From contig JAQGDQ010000016.1 of assembly GCA_030141605.1 (NCBI GenBank), positions 746,282 to 810,281 on the forward strand: 64,000 nucleotides of DNA, written 5' to 3'. Positions 27,673-41,495 of the stretch are shown piece after piece. The DNA comes from Tubiluchus corallicola. Its lineage: Eukaryota > Animalia > Priapulida. Made by a program: the position numbers and the translations under genes. The notes under the pieces were generated by a model. That model did no database searches and was not told the origin of the DNA. It saw nothing but the letters and a program-made list of their open reading frames with translations. Numbering within the stretch: the stretch's first letter is position 1; every line of letters starts with the position of its first letter.

Positions 27673-27970
27673 TCTTGTCTTGTCTTGTCTTGTCTTGTCT
27701 TGTCTTGTCTTGTCTTGTCTTGTCTTGTCTTGTCTTGTCTTGTCTTGTCTTGTCTTGTCTTGTCTTGTCTTGTCCTGTCCTGTCCTGTCCTGTCCTGTCC
27801 TGTCCTGTCCTGTCCTGTCCTGTCCTGTCCTGTCCTGTCCTGTCCTGTCCTGTCCTGTCCTGTCCTGTCCTGTCCTGTCCTGTCCTGTCCGGTCCGGTCC
27901 GGTCCGGTCCGGTCCGGTCCGGTCCTGTCCTGTCCTGTCCTGTCCTGTCCTGTCCTGTCTTGTCTTGTCA
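27673..27970. repeat. (TCTTG)n-(TCCTG)n-(TCCGG)n-(TCCTG)n-(TCTTG)n microsatellite
   Basis: Directly visible. Confidence 0.98.
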
Positions 27971-28067
27971 TGCCTTGCCTTGCCGCACATTGAATTTTTT
28001 GCCTTGTCTTGCCTTGTTTTAACTTGCCTTGCGATGTGTTATGTTTCGTTTTGTTTCATTATTTGTC

Positions 28068-28069
28068 CA

Positions 28070-28144
<75 letters not shown>

Positions 28145-28179
28145 GCAGACACACAGACACACAGACACACAGACACACA
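28068..28179. repeat. (CA)n / (CACACAGA)n microsatellite
   Basis: Directly visible. Confidence 0.97.
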
Positions 28180-31100
28180 AGAAATTCTGTAATTTACGTC
28201 CACAAGATGTGAGACAACTCACATCGTGCACTAAATTTCAAGTCTGTACAATGAAAACCCATTGTGCGTTATGTATGTTTATCTCATACACGATTTTTTG
28301 TAAGCCAAACCATAAGTTCCAGCTACATTTGCCTCTTTTAGCGCAAGCAGAAAATCCCGCTGCTAAGATTTGAGTATAAATGAATTGTACAGAGTGGTTC
28401 ATAACCTGTTCCTAGGAGGTACAAAGTGCAAAACCATTTATAATATGGAAGTATTGCTGAAACAATAGAAAAATGTATCATACCCTCAATATGCGTGAAG
28501 GGGAATATGTTAGTGTGAAGGTCGCATGTGTCTTGCTCAGCCTGCGACCTTAAGGGCGTGATGGAAGGTTCAGCTCGAGAAGTTTTGGATTTACTTTTTC
28601 GATTGAACTGAATGATTATAAATTCACCACGCCTAAGTGCCGCCAAACACGTTTGAGCTTGTCCTGAAAGACAGAGTGAAAGCCAGGAACATGCCATTGG
28701 TTGGTATTCACAAGACAAGCTTGTGAGACATCTGGAATATGTGTCAGACAGACATTGTCTTCAAGACTGCGAGCCGTGCAAGACGCGTGAGGCTTTTACA
28801 CTATATTAAATGTTGAAAGCACAATAGATCTCTATTTTTTCAGCAATACTTAGATATAATAAATTGTTCTGCACCTTATTTTTTTACCCCCCCCCCCCAA
28901 CCCTTAGCAAAAGATTGTAACACCCTTTAAATGAGAAGATCTGTTTACAGTACGTAAACATCGTGATCTAAATTGTTTAAAAGATAACATGGCACGCAAA
29001 TTATTATGTTTGTTTTGGACTTTTTTCACAAAATCTAAAAATACAAATCATCGTGATTTTGCATTAGTAGTAATACAAGTCTTCTTTTTGACCTGCGGGC
29101 ACTGTGTCTCTTCAGTCATTAACATGTAATGCAGTAATTTATTTCAAAGTGAACTTGAGGCATTGTTTCAGTTTGATCGATTCTAACACTCTTGGGTTTC
29201 TCTAACTTTGGCTAGCCTCGCTATCTGTCATTAACTAATCCAAGTTTACTCTTTCTCTGAAGAAAAATAGGCCACTTCTTTTTTTTTAGAAATATGCTTT
29301 TTTACTAATATTTCTACGTGAGACCTTTGAATAAATAAGTCTCGTGTCTCACTGTGGCGCATTTACAGGAAATTTAATTCACTTAAAATTACCATACAGA
29401 GAAATGATAGACTAACGATTTCTCTAAAATAGAGTAGACTAGACAAGTCTAAATGTGCTGGAAGGAGTTTTTCTCAAGTACTTTAACGTTTTACTTATAT
29501 CACTTGAAAAAAACCTGCGTCGTTACAGAGCTCTGCAGTTCGCAATAAATTTTTTACAACGCAGAAACTTCAAAACCATGGTTTCTTACACAGCATCCAT
29601 TCAATGTGCAAAGAGAGAATATGTCCTCAACATCTGTGAGACGACACGAAGCGATCTTCCTTTAATGATTTTATGAAATAGTCGTGCGCGTCAAGAAAAA
29701 TGTTTCATAGATAAATTAAAGTGCAGCTTCCTGCTAACGTCACACCACTAGCGTGTAAGATTTGAATTGGCTTCAGCAAAGTGCTCACGTTCTACATTAA
29801 AGGCAGACATGACTAATGGGGCTGATTGAAATTAATTCAGGCGTTGATCAAGTAATTGGGTTTAGTCTCGTGCGTATGTCGATTATCAAGGCCATGCACT
29901 GATGACGCGGTCTGCAATTTCAAACCAGATCATAATAGCGATTTAGTTGATACACATATTGCATTAACATGTAGTTGCTTTTTTTTCTTTCAAGAGCTTT
30001 ACAATTTTCTAAGTATGCTTAAAATCATAATATGGATTCGTAATACTGATGGATTCGTAATTCGGAAGCCACAATGGCTGCAAATAAGTGCAAACTTTAT
30101 ATAATGTGATATCAATTATCATAGCATATCATATTTTGCGTTTAATTGTCGTCGTACAAGTCCACCTTCTTCAGTCAAACGACCCTATCTTTATCTTACC
30201 ACCATTAAATGAAATATCTTTCAAAATTACAGGTGTCTCAATAAAAAAATTTTTGCGTATAATAAAAGCAACATTGTCAGTAATTTGCCTCCCTTTAGTT
30301 TGTTTAATAACTGAATAAGTGCAATACATGTATCTGCCAATTGACCTCATCAGAGCACAAAATAAGGAAAACGTTGTTCCGTAAAACAGGTACGTCCTTC
30401 TGTCCTAATGGACTATTTCATTTTTACTCTTACAAAAGTGACAGGTAATATTGTAATTTTTTTAACCAAAGTAAATACGTGTTTAAACCAAAACAATGTT
30501 TACTGAAACTAAATCCTGAACCCCTTTATTTATAAAATGGGTCATTATAATTTCAGTTATTTCATGATTCTGTGGGTGGTGATTTTTATAAAAAACCAGA
30601 TTGCCACTTCCGTTTCCTTCATTATTATAATAACTGCAAATCCACTTTAAAACGTATTGAAAACAAGGTGAAGACACGCACTATCTTTTCTGATAAGTGC
30701 ATCAAACTTCTTCTTTTTGTACATAAAAATTACGGAGCTGTTGTTCTGTGCAGGTGAATTTACACAAAATGATTACCAATGATTAGAACTAAAACCCTCC
30801 ATAGTAGTTCTAGTTGGCATCTTTAATAAATCCAGTTAAAGTTTGAACTAAATTTTGTCCGTCTGAATAAAACAACTTATTGTCCCTCTAATTATTCTTT
30901 GGCCAGTAGTGTTTACTAGTGCTATTCGCAAAACTATGAATAATTATACCATGTATCTTTGCATGGTCGGTTGGCGTTGATGTTCTTAAACAGACGGATA
31001 TTTGCCCTTATCTAGTCATGACGATTAGACAAATCTATTCTGACATGTTTACAGGATGTCTCACTTAATCACATTTAGTTCTCTGGTGACTTATATGGCG

Positions 31101-32347
31101 TTCTGTTGGTTCCCGTAAAAATCTTTAGCTACGTAAACGCTAATAACTCACTCTGACAGGGTATAGATGTAAGAAGAAGTAGTGCTCTAAAAATATTGTA
31201 GTTTGGAGATACAGTAGCTTTTTGTCGTAATTATTGTGATGGTGACCATGCTGACATCCAATGTCTATCGCACATTTTTTGCGAAGCTTGCTAGCCTGTC
31301 CGTTAGTTCTACTAGTACACTGTATAGGTATGGCTTTATTGATGGACAGCATAGAGACATAATATCCGGGGCTAGATCCCCGTAACTTCCACTCGCGTTC
31401 TTTACGAATTATTCATTAAAGTGCAGATTTCATTGTCGTCTCATTCGCGTTTTAGTTTTCGAGTCTGGAAACGGGAAGCAAAAAGGCCTTCTTTTTACAG
31501 TGAAAAATTATAAAAGTTGCCCGCAAAAAATTGAGGATGAAAAGCATTTATGGCTTTTGTTTTACATCAAAAATTAATCACCTAAGTTGGACAGCTAAAT
31601 CAAATTTCGAATTTTTTGGACGACAGATATTGACAGATAAAGTCGACAACGTCCTTGCTTTCATGACAAAATTAGTTGTTACAAGTCTGTGAAATAAGCA
31701 TTCGCGTGTATCACAAAAGAAACAATGACCTATCAAATAAATAGTAGTTGTTCGTACTACATTTGAATAAATAAAATAGTTGGTTCATGACTTCACCTTC
31801 TCTAAGATCAAAAAAATCATCATGGCGTCCTGTCATAGCAAAAGTTAGTGAACTATAGCGCTGGAAAAACCAGAGGAAATCTGAGGACATTCCAGATCGA
31901 AATCAATTGATTATCCCTCATCACGTCTCTTCGCTGAATTCCGTTAATTTGCAATTTGTTAAATCTAGCGTGCTCCAGCTGATAGCCCATTGATTCAATC
32001 CCGCAAGTTTTTTCCTCAAACAAGTGAAAGCGCGGCAACGCATGAAGAAGCGTCAACGCGTCTATAACGCATTCAAGCGTCTTGCCTCCGCACATGAAAA
32101 TGCGTCAAAGCAGCACACCCAATTGGCATGTTACTCACCCTGTCTGTATAAAATTTACAAGATTGTGTGTGCAACAATGGATTTATGTCTTGAAACCCGC
32201 GTTATCAGTCACTGATGAAATTTTCTAAACTGCAATAGAGAATAACGTGTCATCTGTAAGGGATTTCCCTGCTGCAGTTATGTTCCATTGAATCGCTGAC
32301 TACTGCTTTAATTTATGCTGTTAGAAAAACGTTAACCGTAAAGAGGC

Positions 32348-32386
<39 letters not shown>

Positions 32387-32545
32387 CGACGACGACGACG
32401 ATAATGATAATGAGGAGGAGGAGGACGATAGCGGTGGTGGTGGTGGTGTTGGTGTTGCTGGTGGTGGTGGTGGTGGTGGTGGTAGTGGTGTAGGTGGCGG
32501 TGTTGTTGGTGGCGGCAGTGGCAGCGGCAGTGGTGGTGATGATGC
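32348..32545. repeat. (GAT)/(GAC)/(GAG)/(GGT) compound microsatellite
   Basis: Directly visible. Confidence 0.95.
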
Positions 32546-33514
32546 AATTTTTTGTTCAAATAGATATCATCCAATACCTTACCATTAAGCACTAGTGTAT
32601 TGAGATCATATCAATCAGTTTAATTAGCAAATCTAGTAAAAGCAGATTGAAATGTCCTTAAAAACAATTGGTATAATCTACACGAAAAAGCGGAGCGTGG
32701 CATAGCGCCGAAAGCACTACTAGCATCATATTCTATATGCATTGCTAGTTTGCAACCGTCATAGCTGAAACCACCTTATGTTGCTCCTTCGCAATAACTT
32801 AATCATAACTGTGAAATAACTGCATTTCACATATGTGTGTTAGAAGAAAATTCCTACCTAATGGGTAACGATCCAAATTAAACCAATGACCAAGCTATGG
32901 ATATAGAAAAGCATGAAAATTAATTATGGGCAAGTCATTTTACTTAGCCTGTTGTAGAAAGAATCGATAATGATACTGAACAAAAAAATAAGAACAATTT
33001 AACTTGAACCACAAGCAGTACAAATAATTACGTGACTATGGCTAAATGAAGTGATAACTGGATAAATAACAAGTGTACGATTGTATTAGAACCATATCTT
33101 GCCTAGGCAGTTCTATTAACTGTATTAAACCATGTTAATCAAATAGCTGCATCTAAAAGATTGTAAGATATAATCAACACTTTTGCGCCAAAAGCAGGTG
33201 GCAAATTGTTGAATTTAAAAAATTATTTAAAATTACCTTGTTACACAATTTAAGGCACTTATACAAAATTTAAAACACATTCCTTTAATAGGACCCACTG
33301 ATGCATTAAAGTCTTTCCATTTCTTACTATTCGCAGTACTAAAAAGTAAAGCAACCTGCACAATAAATGGGACATTCTCCTTGTACCCTTGTAAACATAT
33401 TGCAATTAAACAAATGGGAGCGACTGTCTTCCCCTGAGATAGGCCATGAAAGGCTTCATGAGCTCTTAAGGTGAATTCATGCAGTTCTAATGGTGATGCG
33501 GTTTTTATTTTCAG

Positions 33515-33782
33515 CATATGGGGACGACATGATTGGAGGCATCGGCAGTCGCCATATGAACAGCCGTCGTCGTGGCTCTTCGCCCAGCATCCACTTAGCG
33601 GCGCTTCGAGCGGAACCATTGCTCACCACGCTGGATGAAGAGCAGACAGACGACACGTTGCAGTGGATACGTCGCAATCCGGCCTACCAGCGTCAAAGGC
33701 GTTGCGTGGACGTCTCTGATGTCAAAACGTGTGCCTTGGTGCAGGAAAGATTAAAAACCATTGATGTTAAACGATTGGAAGA
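33515..33782 (+). CDS. Internal coding exon of the unidentified gene (AYGDDMIGG...RRRGSSPSIHL...YQRQRRCVDVSDVKTC...KRLE)
   Basis: Acceptor tttttattttcag| ending 33514 and donor GA|GTAAGT at 33783. GC content rises sharply across the exon, the frame is open and the peptide looks natural, with a PKA-type RRGS motif. Phase 1 in, phase 2 out. Confidence 0.85.
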
Positions 33783-34318
33783 GTAAGTTAACTCCACAAA
33801 TTTGATGATGTTTCTTATTTTGCTCAGGTGCCTATCATGCATTAGTCTGGTACATCTTGGTACATTATTGAGCAAAATAACATAATGCGAACCTAAATCC
33901 AGAGTACAAACATTGATTTTCAACATTGGGGGTGGTGTTGAATGTTTATTGCTGAACCTTTCATTAATTACATGTATTGAGTTTCTCAAATCAGGCTGAA
34001 CACAGCCATGCTTATCACTCTAGCCATCATATTTGCTGGGCAAAGGCATTAGTATCATGATGATTAGGCAACTTTTGCACGCCGTGATGTTATTTGTACA
34101 TCCACATCTTACAGTCCACACTGAGTTGGATAACATGGGATTGCACTACTACAACTAAAACGAACTAACTCTATCTTTACAGAAATGAGCGTTTAACCTT
34201 GCGAAATTTTGCTAGGCTTCTAAAGCGGTTACTGTGAAATATACACTTGGAAGTTTCCGGTTCTTCTCTTTCCATTCCAGCGTAGCTAACTCCTCAGCAC
34301 ACTGCACCTTAGCCTACG

Positions 34319-34464
34319 CAAGGGTGCGCGCACATTCCACGTAGTATCTATCGTCCCTGTACAACATTTGTCCATTAGTTTATCATTCAAGGAACTAGAC
34401 CTTAGTAAATTTCTTGAGCAAAACAAAAATGCAAAACACTACGTGGAAGGTGTGTGCACCATTG
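34319..34464. mobile_element. Small MITE-like element with ~27-bp terminal inverted repeats
   Basis: ggtgcgcgcacattccacgtagt (34323-34345) pairs with actacgtggaaggtgtgtgcacc (34438-34460). Confidence 0.6.
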
Positions 34465-35708
34465 ACTATTGTTGTATTCGTATTGTATTGGTAAAATTCC
34501 TGGTTGGAAGCACAGAATACCACAATTTTTTCAATCAAACCTGTTCTAGCATATAATTTTTATGGAAGATGAAATTTAGCCAAGCTCAAGGAAAAAACTA
34601 CAGTTAGGTAAAATTATGACATTGTGTGCTTTCAGTCGATATGTTACTAACCAACTCTAATCAAGAATGCACCAATTTTCACGTAGTCTAAACCTCCACT
34701 TATTTATTGCCTCACCAGCACAATACCTTAAGCCCATAACTTATTGTTGTATGTCTAAAATCACTAAAACAGTTTCACCCACTCGGCAAAGTTTTCGTAC
34801 AACGTCTACAGCCGGAAATGGGACCCAAAGAAGTTGCGCCGTCTATCAACCTGCAGTAACCCTGCGTCAGGTGACTCATTTCGCTAACAAGACATGCGGT
34901 TTGTAATTCTTTTACAATACGTATCTGCGGTTTAACGCAAGATAAGTAGCAGAGCTGCTTCACATACTGCTAGCCAGCTATATGCTTTTCATGCGCATCA
35001 TGTAGTAGCAAAGGCAGTCTTCATGTTCTTCATAACAACAATGAACGAGCTCAAATAACAAGGAAGTCCACTATTTGAGTATTTGTAGAAATAGAGCTTT
35101 TTAGTAAAAAGGACGTGATTTCTTTTCAAAGCATTACGAACTCAATGATCCAGGCGAATACAGTCGATAAATATTCAATGGAAATTTGGTCAGCACTCTA
35201 TAAAAGACATACCAAAATTCAAAATGTTTCATTGCATACCAAAATGTGATCTATTCAAGCAGGTCTAGACTTCGCTTGCGCTGATCTAGTTTATACGTGT
35301 CTGTATGGGTGTGAAGACAGTTAGATCTGTGAAGCAAGCCCTCGCCTAAGAAGTCTAAAGGGTGACTCTTTAGCTCTGTGCCTTTTTTGTCAAGAGTATC
35401 TCTCTGTCTTTCACTTTCGCTGACTCTTAAATAAACGATCAGCTTTATTTATTATTAACTATAACTAAATAATAAATAAAACTGCATTTTTGTACTCTGC
35501 TGAATGTCATTGATTGCTTGGCCTTTTCCTGGTCAGTTTCTGCTGTTTTACATTTGAGTTGAAATGCAGAAAAAGAGTAAACTTACTACACTCAAGAGGG
35601 GTAAATGTTATGGGACAATTATAAATATGAGTAATAACAGAAGAAAATAAGATGTTTGTATTTTAGGTCACAACTTAAAGAAACCTTCTTTAAGCTTGTG
35701 AATTTCAG

Positions 35709-35790
35709 ATGTCATAATCATTTTAATTATGTCATAATCATAATGTCATAATGATTATAATGTCATAATGATGTCATAATCATAATCAAT
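35709..35790. repeat. Short tandem array of ATGTCATAAT
   Basis: Five copies visible. Confidence 0.8.
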
Positions 35791-37559
35791 TATCTATCAT
35801 TTTTTAAAATGGGTTTTCTTCAACGCCTTTAAGAAAACTATCAACCCTGTTAGAGCGAGAGCGAAAGAGACAATAGCAGAATAAAGGAAAGAGATGCGTT
35901 GACAAAGGAAAGGATGCACACAGAGAACTCAAAATGTTAAACAATGAAAAATGTGTAAAGATGATAAAAACAATCATCTAGGATAAGATGTTGAGCTTTT
36001 ATAACGCAGATACTGCGAAAGATTTTAATGAGATTAATGCAATAACGCAAAATAATTTACATGTGCCGCTGCTACAGAGCTATGCCAGAGCCGTACAGAT
36101 ACGTCTATAGATAATTACGATAGTGTCGATGTATCAAAGTCTTTACGGATTACTGTGAGATTATTGTACTGGCATATACGCCCGGCAATTATTATGTCAA
36201 CTGAATCCAGGCAAGTCAGAGACGCAGAACGAAGTAGTGAAAGTAGTGATCAAAAAGTCACTTGTCTTGTATAGTTATTGATTTTGCTGTGATTTATTAG
36301 TGACGTTCAGTGCCTATACAGGTCATTTTTCTCGTCATGATCTAGAAGTAACAGTAACAGTATATAAACGAAGCCTATAGTAGTCATAGCGAATTATTCG
36401 AGGCAGTGTTTATTGCTGTCCATTTGATTTTTCTTTCTTTTTTACCTTCCATATTTTACTTTAACATTTTATATTTAGTATTTCTTCACGACAATTATTT
36501 ATTTATTTTATTTTATTATGTTTTATTGCCGGTAGTCTTTTTGCTTACTTTTTTGCTGTCTTTGTTATTAGCATTGCTCTATTTACCATTGTCGGTGTTA
36601 AAAATTTTCTTTTTAGTCTATTAACTATTCATTTGTTTACCTTGGCTAATTCAACACGATATCTTTGGCAGAAATTAGTTTTCTGTTTTTGTTATTGTTT
36701 TTAATAATGCTTTTCATTACTTGCCTTTTAAACATTCCTCAGGTGTACATAGAGAGACGGCGAAACAGGCACAGACAGAGAGAGAAAGACAAGGAAAACA
36801 AATAAAGAGGGAAAGGAAGAGACCGGGGGAGGGATGGAAAGACGTGGAGGTGGAGAGATTCCATGCCTGTTTTGCTGATGCTTTCTGTGTATAACTATCG
36901 AAAAATTAATAAATTGCAAAATTATTAAAAGGTACTGGCCATATCGACCAGTATCTGAAGATCACCTTTCCGTGAGTCGCTAATGAAGATTTACAAGAGT
37001 CGATTAGTCACACAGCTGGTGGCAAGACAATACGGATTAATTAAGGAGTTTTATCCCTCCAGCCTCTGACAAATAAGGTTTATCTTCGTGAAATTTACGC
37101 TCGCTAAAATTCGAAGAACATGCGTAACTTTCTTTAGCGAATCTGCAAATTTCTAAAACAAATTCACAATGTTTTAATTCGTTTGTTGGGCTAGCATAGC
37201 AATACCAAGTGCTTGTGATTATCATTTTCTTCCTCAGCATTCACTTTACGCCAGTAGGTCTGTTTAAGTCGTCCAAAATATAAGCCAGAATATACAAGCT
37301 GGACAAAAAAAGTAAGCTCATTTTAAATGCCATAGAGCAAAGAATGTTTATCCGAATTGTATATAAATTTAGTAGAGTAAATTACAAACAATTTTAGCAC
37401 TTAGCCAATAACTAAGGGCAATTTAGCACTTCTCCACTAACGGTTTGCTAAGAAAGTCCAAAGAATACACATTTTATACATGATATTGTCTTTAAACCCT
37501 TAGAAAATAAGGTATCAGTATGATTATTATGGAGTCCATTATTATTATTATATTCACGT

Positions 37560-37680
37560 TGCAAAAATGCAGCAAGCGGCTATTCACACAGCAAAACTAC
37601 ACCGGACATGCTATTTACATGCAAAAAATGCATCGAACCGCAATTTAAACTGCAAAAACGCACCGGATCGCTATTTTAAA
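37560..37680. repeat. ~30-bp minisatellite, 4 diverged copies
   Basis: Unit resembles tgcaaaaacgcaccggatcgctatttacac. Confidence 0.75.
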
Positions 37681-38719
37681 TTTGTTAGTAAATCGATGTG
37701 CGACCACCGAGAAAATCACTAACGCGGGTTGTTTCTACCTTGATGCTTTGGCTATTTTCTCTCGTTACGAGAAGATGTACATTCGAACATGGCCAAAAAC
37801 ACTTCTGCTGGTTCAGTGACTCATCTCAGAAGATTGCTGGTGATAATTTGCTAGATTTCAATCCTGCGCATTCATCAACACTAGAACGCCCTGCGCTTGG
37901 AGCTAAACAGAAGCACAATAAACTGTTTTGAAACGTAATTTAACTGCAAAATAGGGTCTGACAACCTTATGGACGTATACACTTTGGCACCTACAAGACA
38001 AGTTTACAAAGTGACATATTCAGAGTAAAAAAAAAACAAGAAAAAACGGGTTCGCAACCTACTGCGCTGAATGGTAGTTATGTCCAGAGTATGTGATCAT
38101 GACGGTTGCAAATCCCGTATTTCTTTTTAAATCCCTTGGTTTGTTCGCTTATTGGAGCTCGTCTAGAATTGTTAGGTTTAAAATTTGAAGAAAGTGAGAA
38201 AGCCTGTGAGGCATGAGATAAGTCAAAGAGTGCTCAGTTAGATCGATTCCACACAAATGCTGCGTCATAAATTAAACAAAATTCTGAGAAATCTGTGCAA
38301 AAGTATAAAACGCAGGCCTGAATGCCAGCTAACTGCAAATCATCACTACAATTTTCTTCGCTAAAATTCTTCCTTGTGGTTTAGCGTTATTCTTGCTTCC
38401 CTGTACTTTAATTGTGTATCTTTTGAGAAGATGCGAAATTTAATGACTAATTATTCAATCCTTTGCTTGTTCGTCCGCCCGTCCTTCGATCCGCCAATCA
38501 TCCGTTTATTTGTTTGTTCTTTTGTGTATTTGTTTGCTTTTCCGGCCATTCGTTCATGCAACTTGCCATTCATTTAGGGCCTACTCACCTGACTCACCTA
38601 CTTTTTTTGAAACACAAATGACTTCACTCCAAATAGTTCCATCACTCTTTTATTTCACTTTTTCTTCACCACTATGGACTTGACAAACCAATTACAATCT
38701 GCAATTGTTAATTGCAGGG

Positions 38720-39070
38720 CATAGTTCAATAAGAAACAAGATGGAATTTCGTATGTGGAGTAAGGTTATATTACAGGCTTATCAAAAATCTTGGAAATTA
38801 TGATCGGTGATCAGTAAAGAAAAGCATATTCATCATCAACAAGCAGGTCACTGTTGTCTAGCAAACATAAAAAGACTTCAAACAGATGATTGGTTGCAGA
38901 CTAAAAGGGGTGTATTTCGAAGGAATTTATTTCTCACAGTTACCTTTATATGCAGGGACTGTAGCAGATACCTGGCGGAAGCATGATACCAGTCACTGAA
39001 TAGCTTCGTCAATATAGAAGACAGATCAGGCGTAGGCATTTTTAAACAGTCAGTAGAAATCCGCAGTGTA
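38720..39070 (-). pseudogene. Highly decayed non-LTR retrotransposon RT fragment
   Basis: Minus-strand peptides ISTDCLKMPTPDLSSILTKLF, LLDNSDLLVDDEYAF and ISKIFDK occur in the order of LINE RT motifs (I...LK......L..LFN; QYGFR; D.SKAFD). Confidence 0.5.
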
Positions 39071-40642
39071 CAGAAGCTGTCCTTGAACACAAAATAGACG
39101 TCTTACAACCAACTTTTCTGTGCGTGATTCAAAGTTCAGAGATTGATGAATTGCTTTGAAGCGGAAACAATATAAACTGCGTCCATTGTCTCTGACGTTT
39201 AAAGAGTAAGTCTTTAGCTTTGACAAATGAAAAATTAAGAATTCGAGTCCGTTGACAATATAAGCGTTAACATGTTTACTGTAGTTGAGATGCGGCTGAA
39301 ATCACTGGAAATTAAGCATTTGTTGAAAATTGAAATGCGAACAGATTCTACATTCTTCAGATTTGCTGTCTTGAGAATATGTTTGCATTAATTTTTTTAT
39401 TTTTAGCTTAGCGAAATTAACGACGTGACTTATCCTTGTCACGCTGCCTGCACAATTTCCAAAATGGTTTCAACAATCCATGACAGAGGGATACGAGGTC
39501 GCAGACTAAAGCATGCATTCAGCGTGGTACAAAATCACTGCAGTTCAATTACGAAGCTAAGTTTGATGCTACCAAAATTCTCATGTATTCTCATACCATG
39601 CTCTTTTATATATGTATGCAGCCAAGCAGCGGTTTTATGGCTCTACTCAAAAAGCATCGTCATTCAATTAATTGCAAAGAAAATTGAAAGTCAAATTAGT
39701 GAGAGATTTCTGAACATAAAATTACTTTTAAACAGAAGTCATACTAGAAATGTACAACTTGATATTCACATTTTTATTTTAATTACATATATATGAGTGA
39801 ATATGTATAAAAGTTATTTGATCTTTGCGAATTTGGCGCGTCTCAAAGGTGCGTAATTGTACAAACTAACGTTCGAGCAATGATCTTTGTATATTCGAGC
39901 TATTTTGTACACTTTAACTGCCCCGGCTCGACAAGTTGCACGGCTTCAAGAACGCCTTATTTATTTGACGTTGCAGCGTCCTCTACAGTACGAAACGAAA
40001 ATAATTATAATACTTTTATATTCCTGCCTGATGTCAGGTAACGATAATTCAAGCAGTTATTGCAAACCTAAACTAACAACGTTGCACAGTAAGTCTGATA
40101 ACTATTAATGCTAAATAAACGAGACAAAGTACTGTGGTGCAAATTGCTACTTGTTCGGCGCATGTAATCATTGTGGTGTAGTTAAATATTAACAATCTCT
40201 CTCGACAGATGGCTCAAGCTGATCTTCCTAAGACTGTTCAACTCACAGTATATGAACCTGCTAAAAGAGTGGATTAGTGTACTGTGATAGTGGTACTGGT
40301 ATTTAGCCTTAGCCAGTTATAAATAAATACGGACATTAAATAGACGATATTTAAAACGATATTTTCACAATGTCGGAGATGTTTCTAAATCTGAAAGTTG
40401 TAATGCAGAGTGTTCTGCTATTTTTGAAACTTTGAGCATTTATAGTGCAATGCTTTGTCTTGCCGGACAAGTGATTTTATTGATTCAGCTTAAAGCATCA
40501 TCTTTATTATTTTTTCTTCTTTTTATTTTTTTGTTTATTTATTTCATTAGTGTCTGTGAATTGGATGATGCTCAAAATTTGCTCATGTGTGTTGGACCAA
40601 CTTAAACAATTTGTGATACCCCTATTTCACTTTTCACTAAGC

Positions 40643-40674
<32 letters not shown>

Positions 40675-41081
40675 CTGCCGCTACTACTGCTGCTGCTGAT
40701 TCCACATCACCGTTTTGATATGGAGAAAATGACTGTTTGATAATTGGCTGCTAACATCTTAACGTACTACATTAAAAGTAGCTACAAACAAATCACAGGC
40801 AGTCAGAACTGAATTGAATTGAACCTTTACTTCTTCCACATAAAACAATAGTTAAAACGTACAAAATAAAAGATATAAATATACTGGTATACAAATATTA
40901 GTAAAACACACTACTGTATATAGCACATACATTCACCGCTCCCCTCCTCCCCCACGGACATTTGCAGTATATACAATAAAGCAATAGTAAATTAAAAGTG
41001 ATATAAAAATGTGTACTGTATACAATAAAATGTCAGCTAAAAGTTATACTAAATATTATGTTGGCCTGTTTAGATAATAGA

Positions 41082-41129
<48 letters not shown>

Positions 41130-41274
41130 ATTTTTAGCCAGTGTTGGTGAATTTTTGTTTGAAACGTACATTCACTGTTACATATGCTCAGCACCAGAGT
41201 ATTACAATTTTTACAACTTCAGCCAGTTTTAAGTGAATAAACTCCTTTGAATTATAATGTCATAATGTAGAAAA

Positions 41275-41495
41275 TGTGAAAAAATTGAGATGCAGTCTGG
41301 ATTTGAACCAGAAACTTTCTGCTACTTAGAATAACTTAAGTGATAGCGATCCAATATTGGAAATGATGAATTTGATCGGCCAGTTATAAAGAATGAACTT
41401 TGCACGCCCATGACTGCTGGGCAATACAGCGTCTGCAATGTAAGCAGAAGACCCTGATTCAAATCCAGGCTGCATTCCAACTTTATCACAGTTCC
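41275..41495. repeat. Inverted, divergently oriented pair of tRNA-derived repeats
   Basis: tgtga.aaa.ttg..atgcag.ctggatttgaa.cag...tt.ctgct (41275-41335) is the reverse complement of 41440-41490. Each arm carries a G.TTCAAATCC B-box. Confidence 0.7.

Noticed and set aside
27156-28231. Long ORFs (up to 288 aa) with FCSVL/SCPVL/TGQDR repeats
   Set aside because: They are translations of pentanucleotide and CA microsatellites, which lack stops in several frames.
32260-32269. NF-kB-like sites (GGGATTTCCC; also 11824-11834 and 49834-49844)
   Set aside because: A few matches to this degenerate 10-mer are expected by chance in 64 kb, and they are not clustered.
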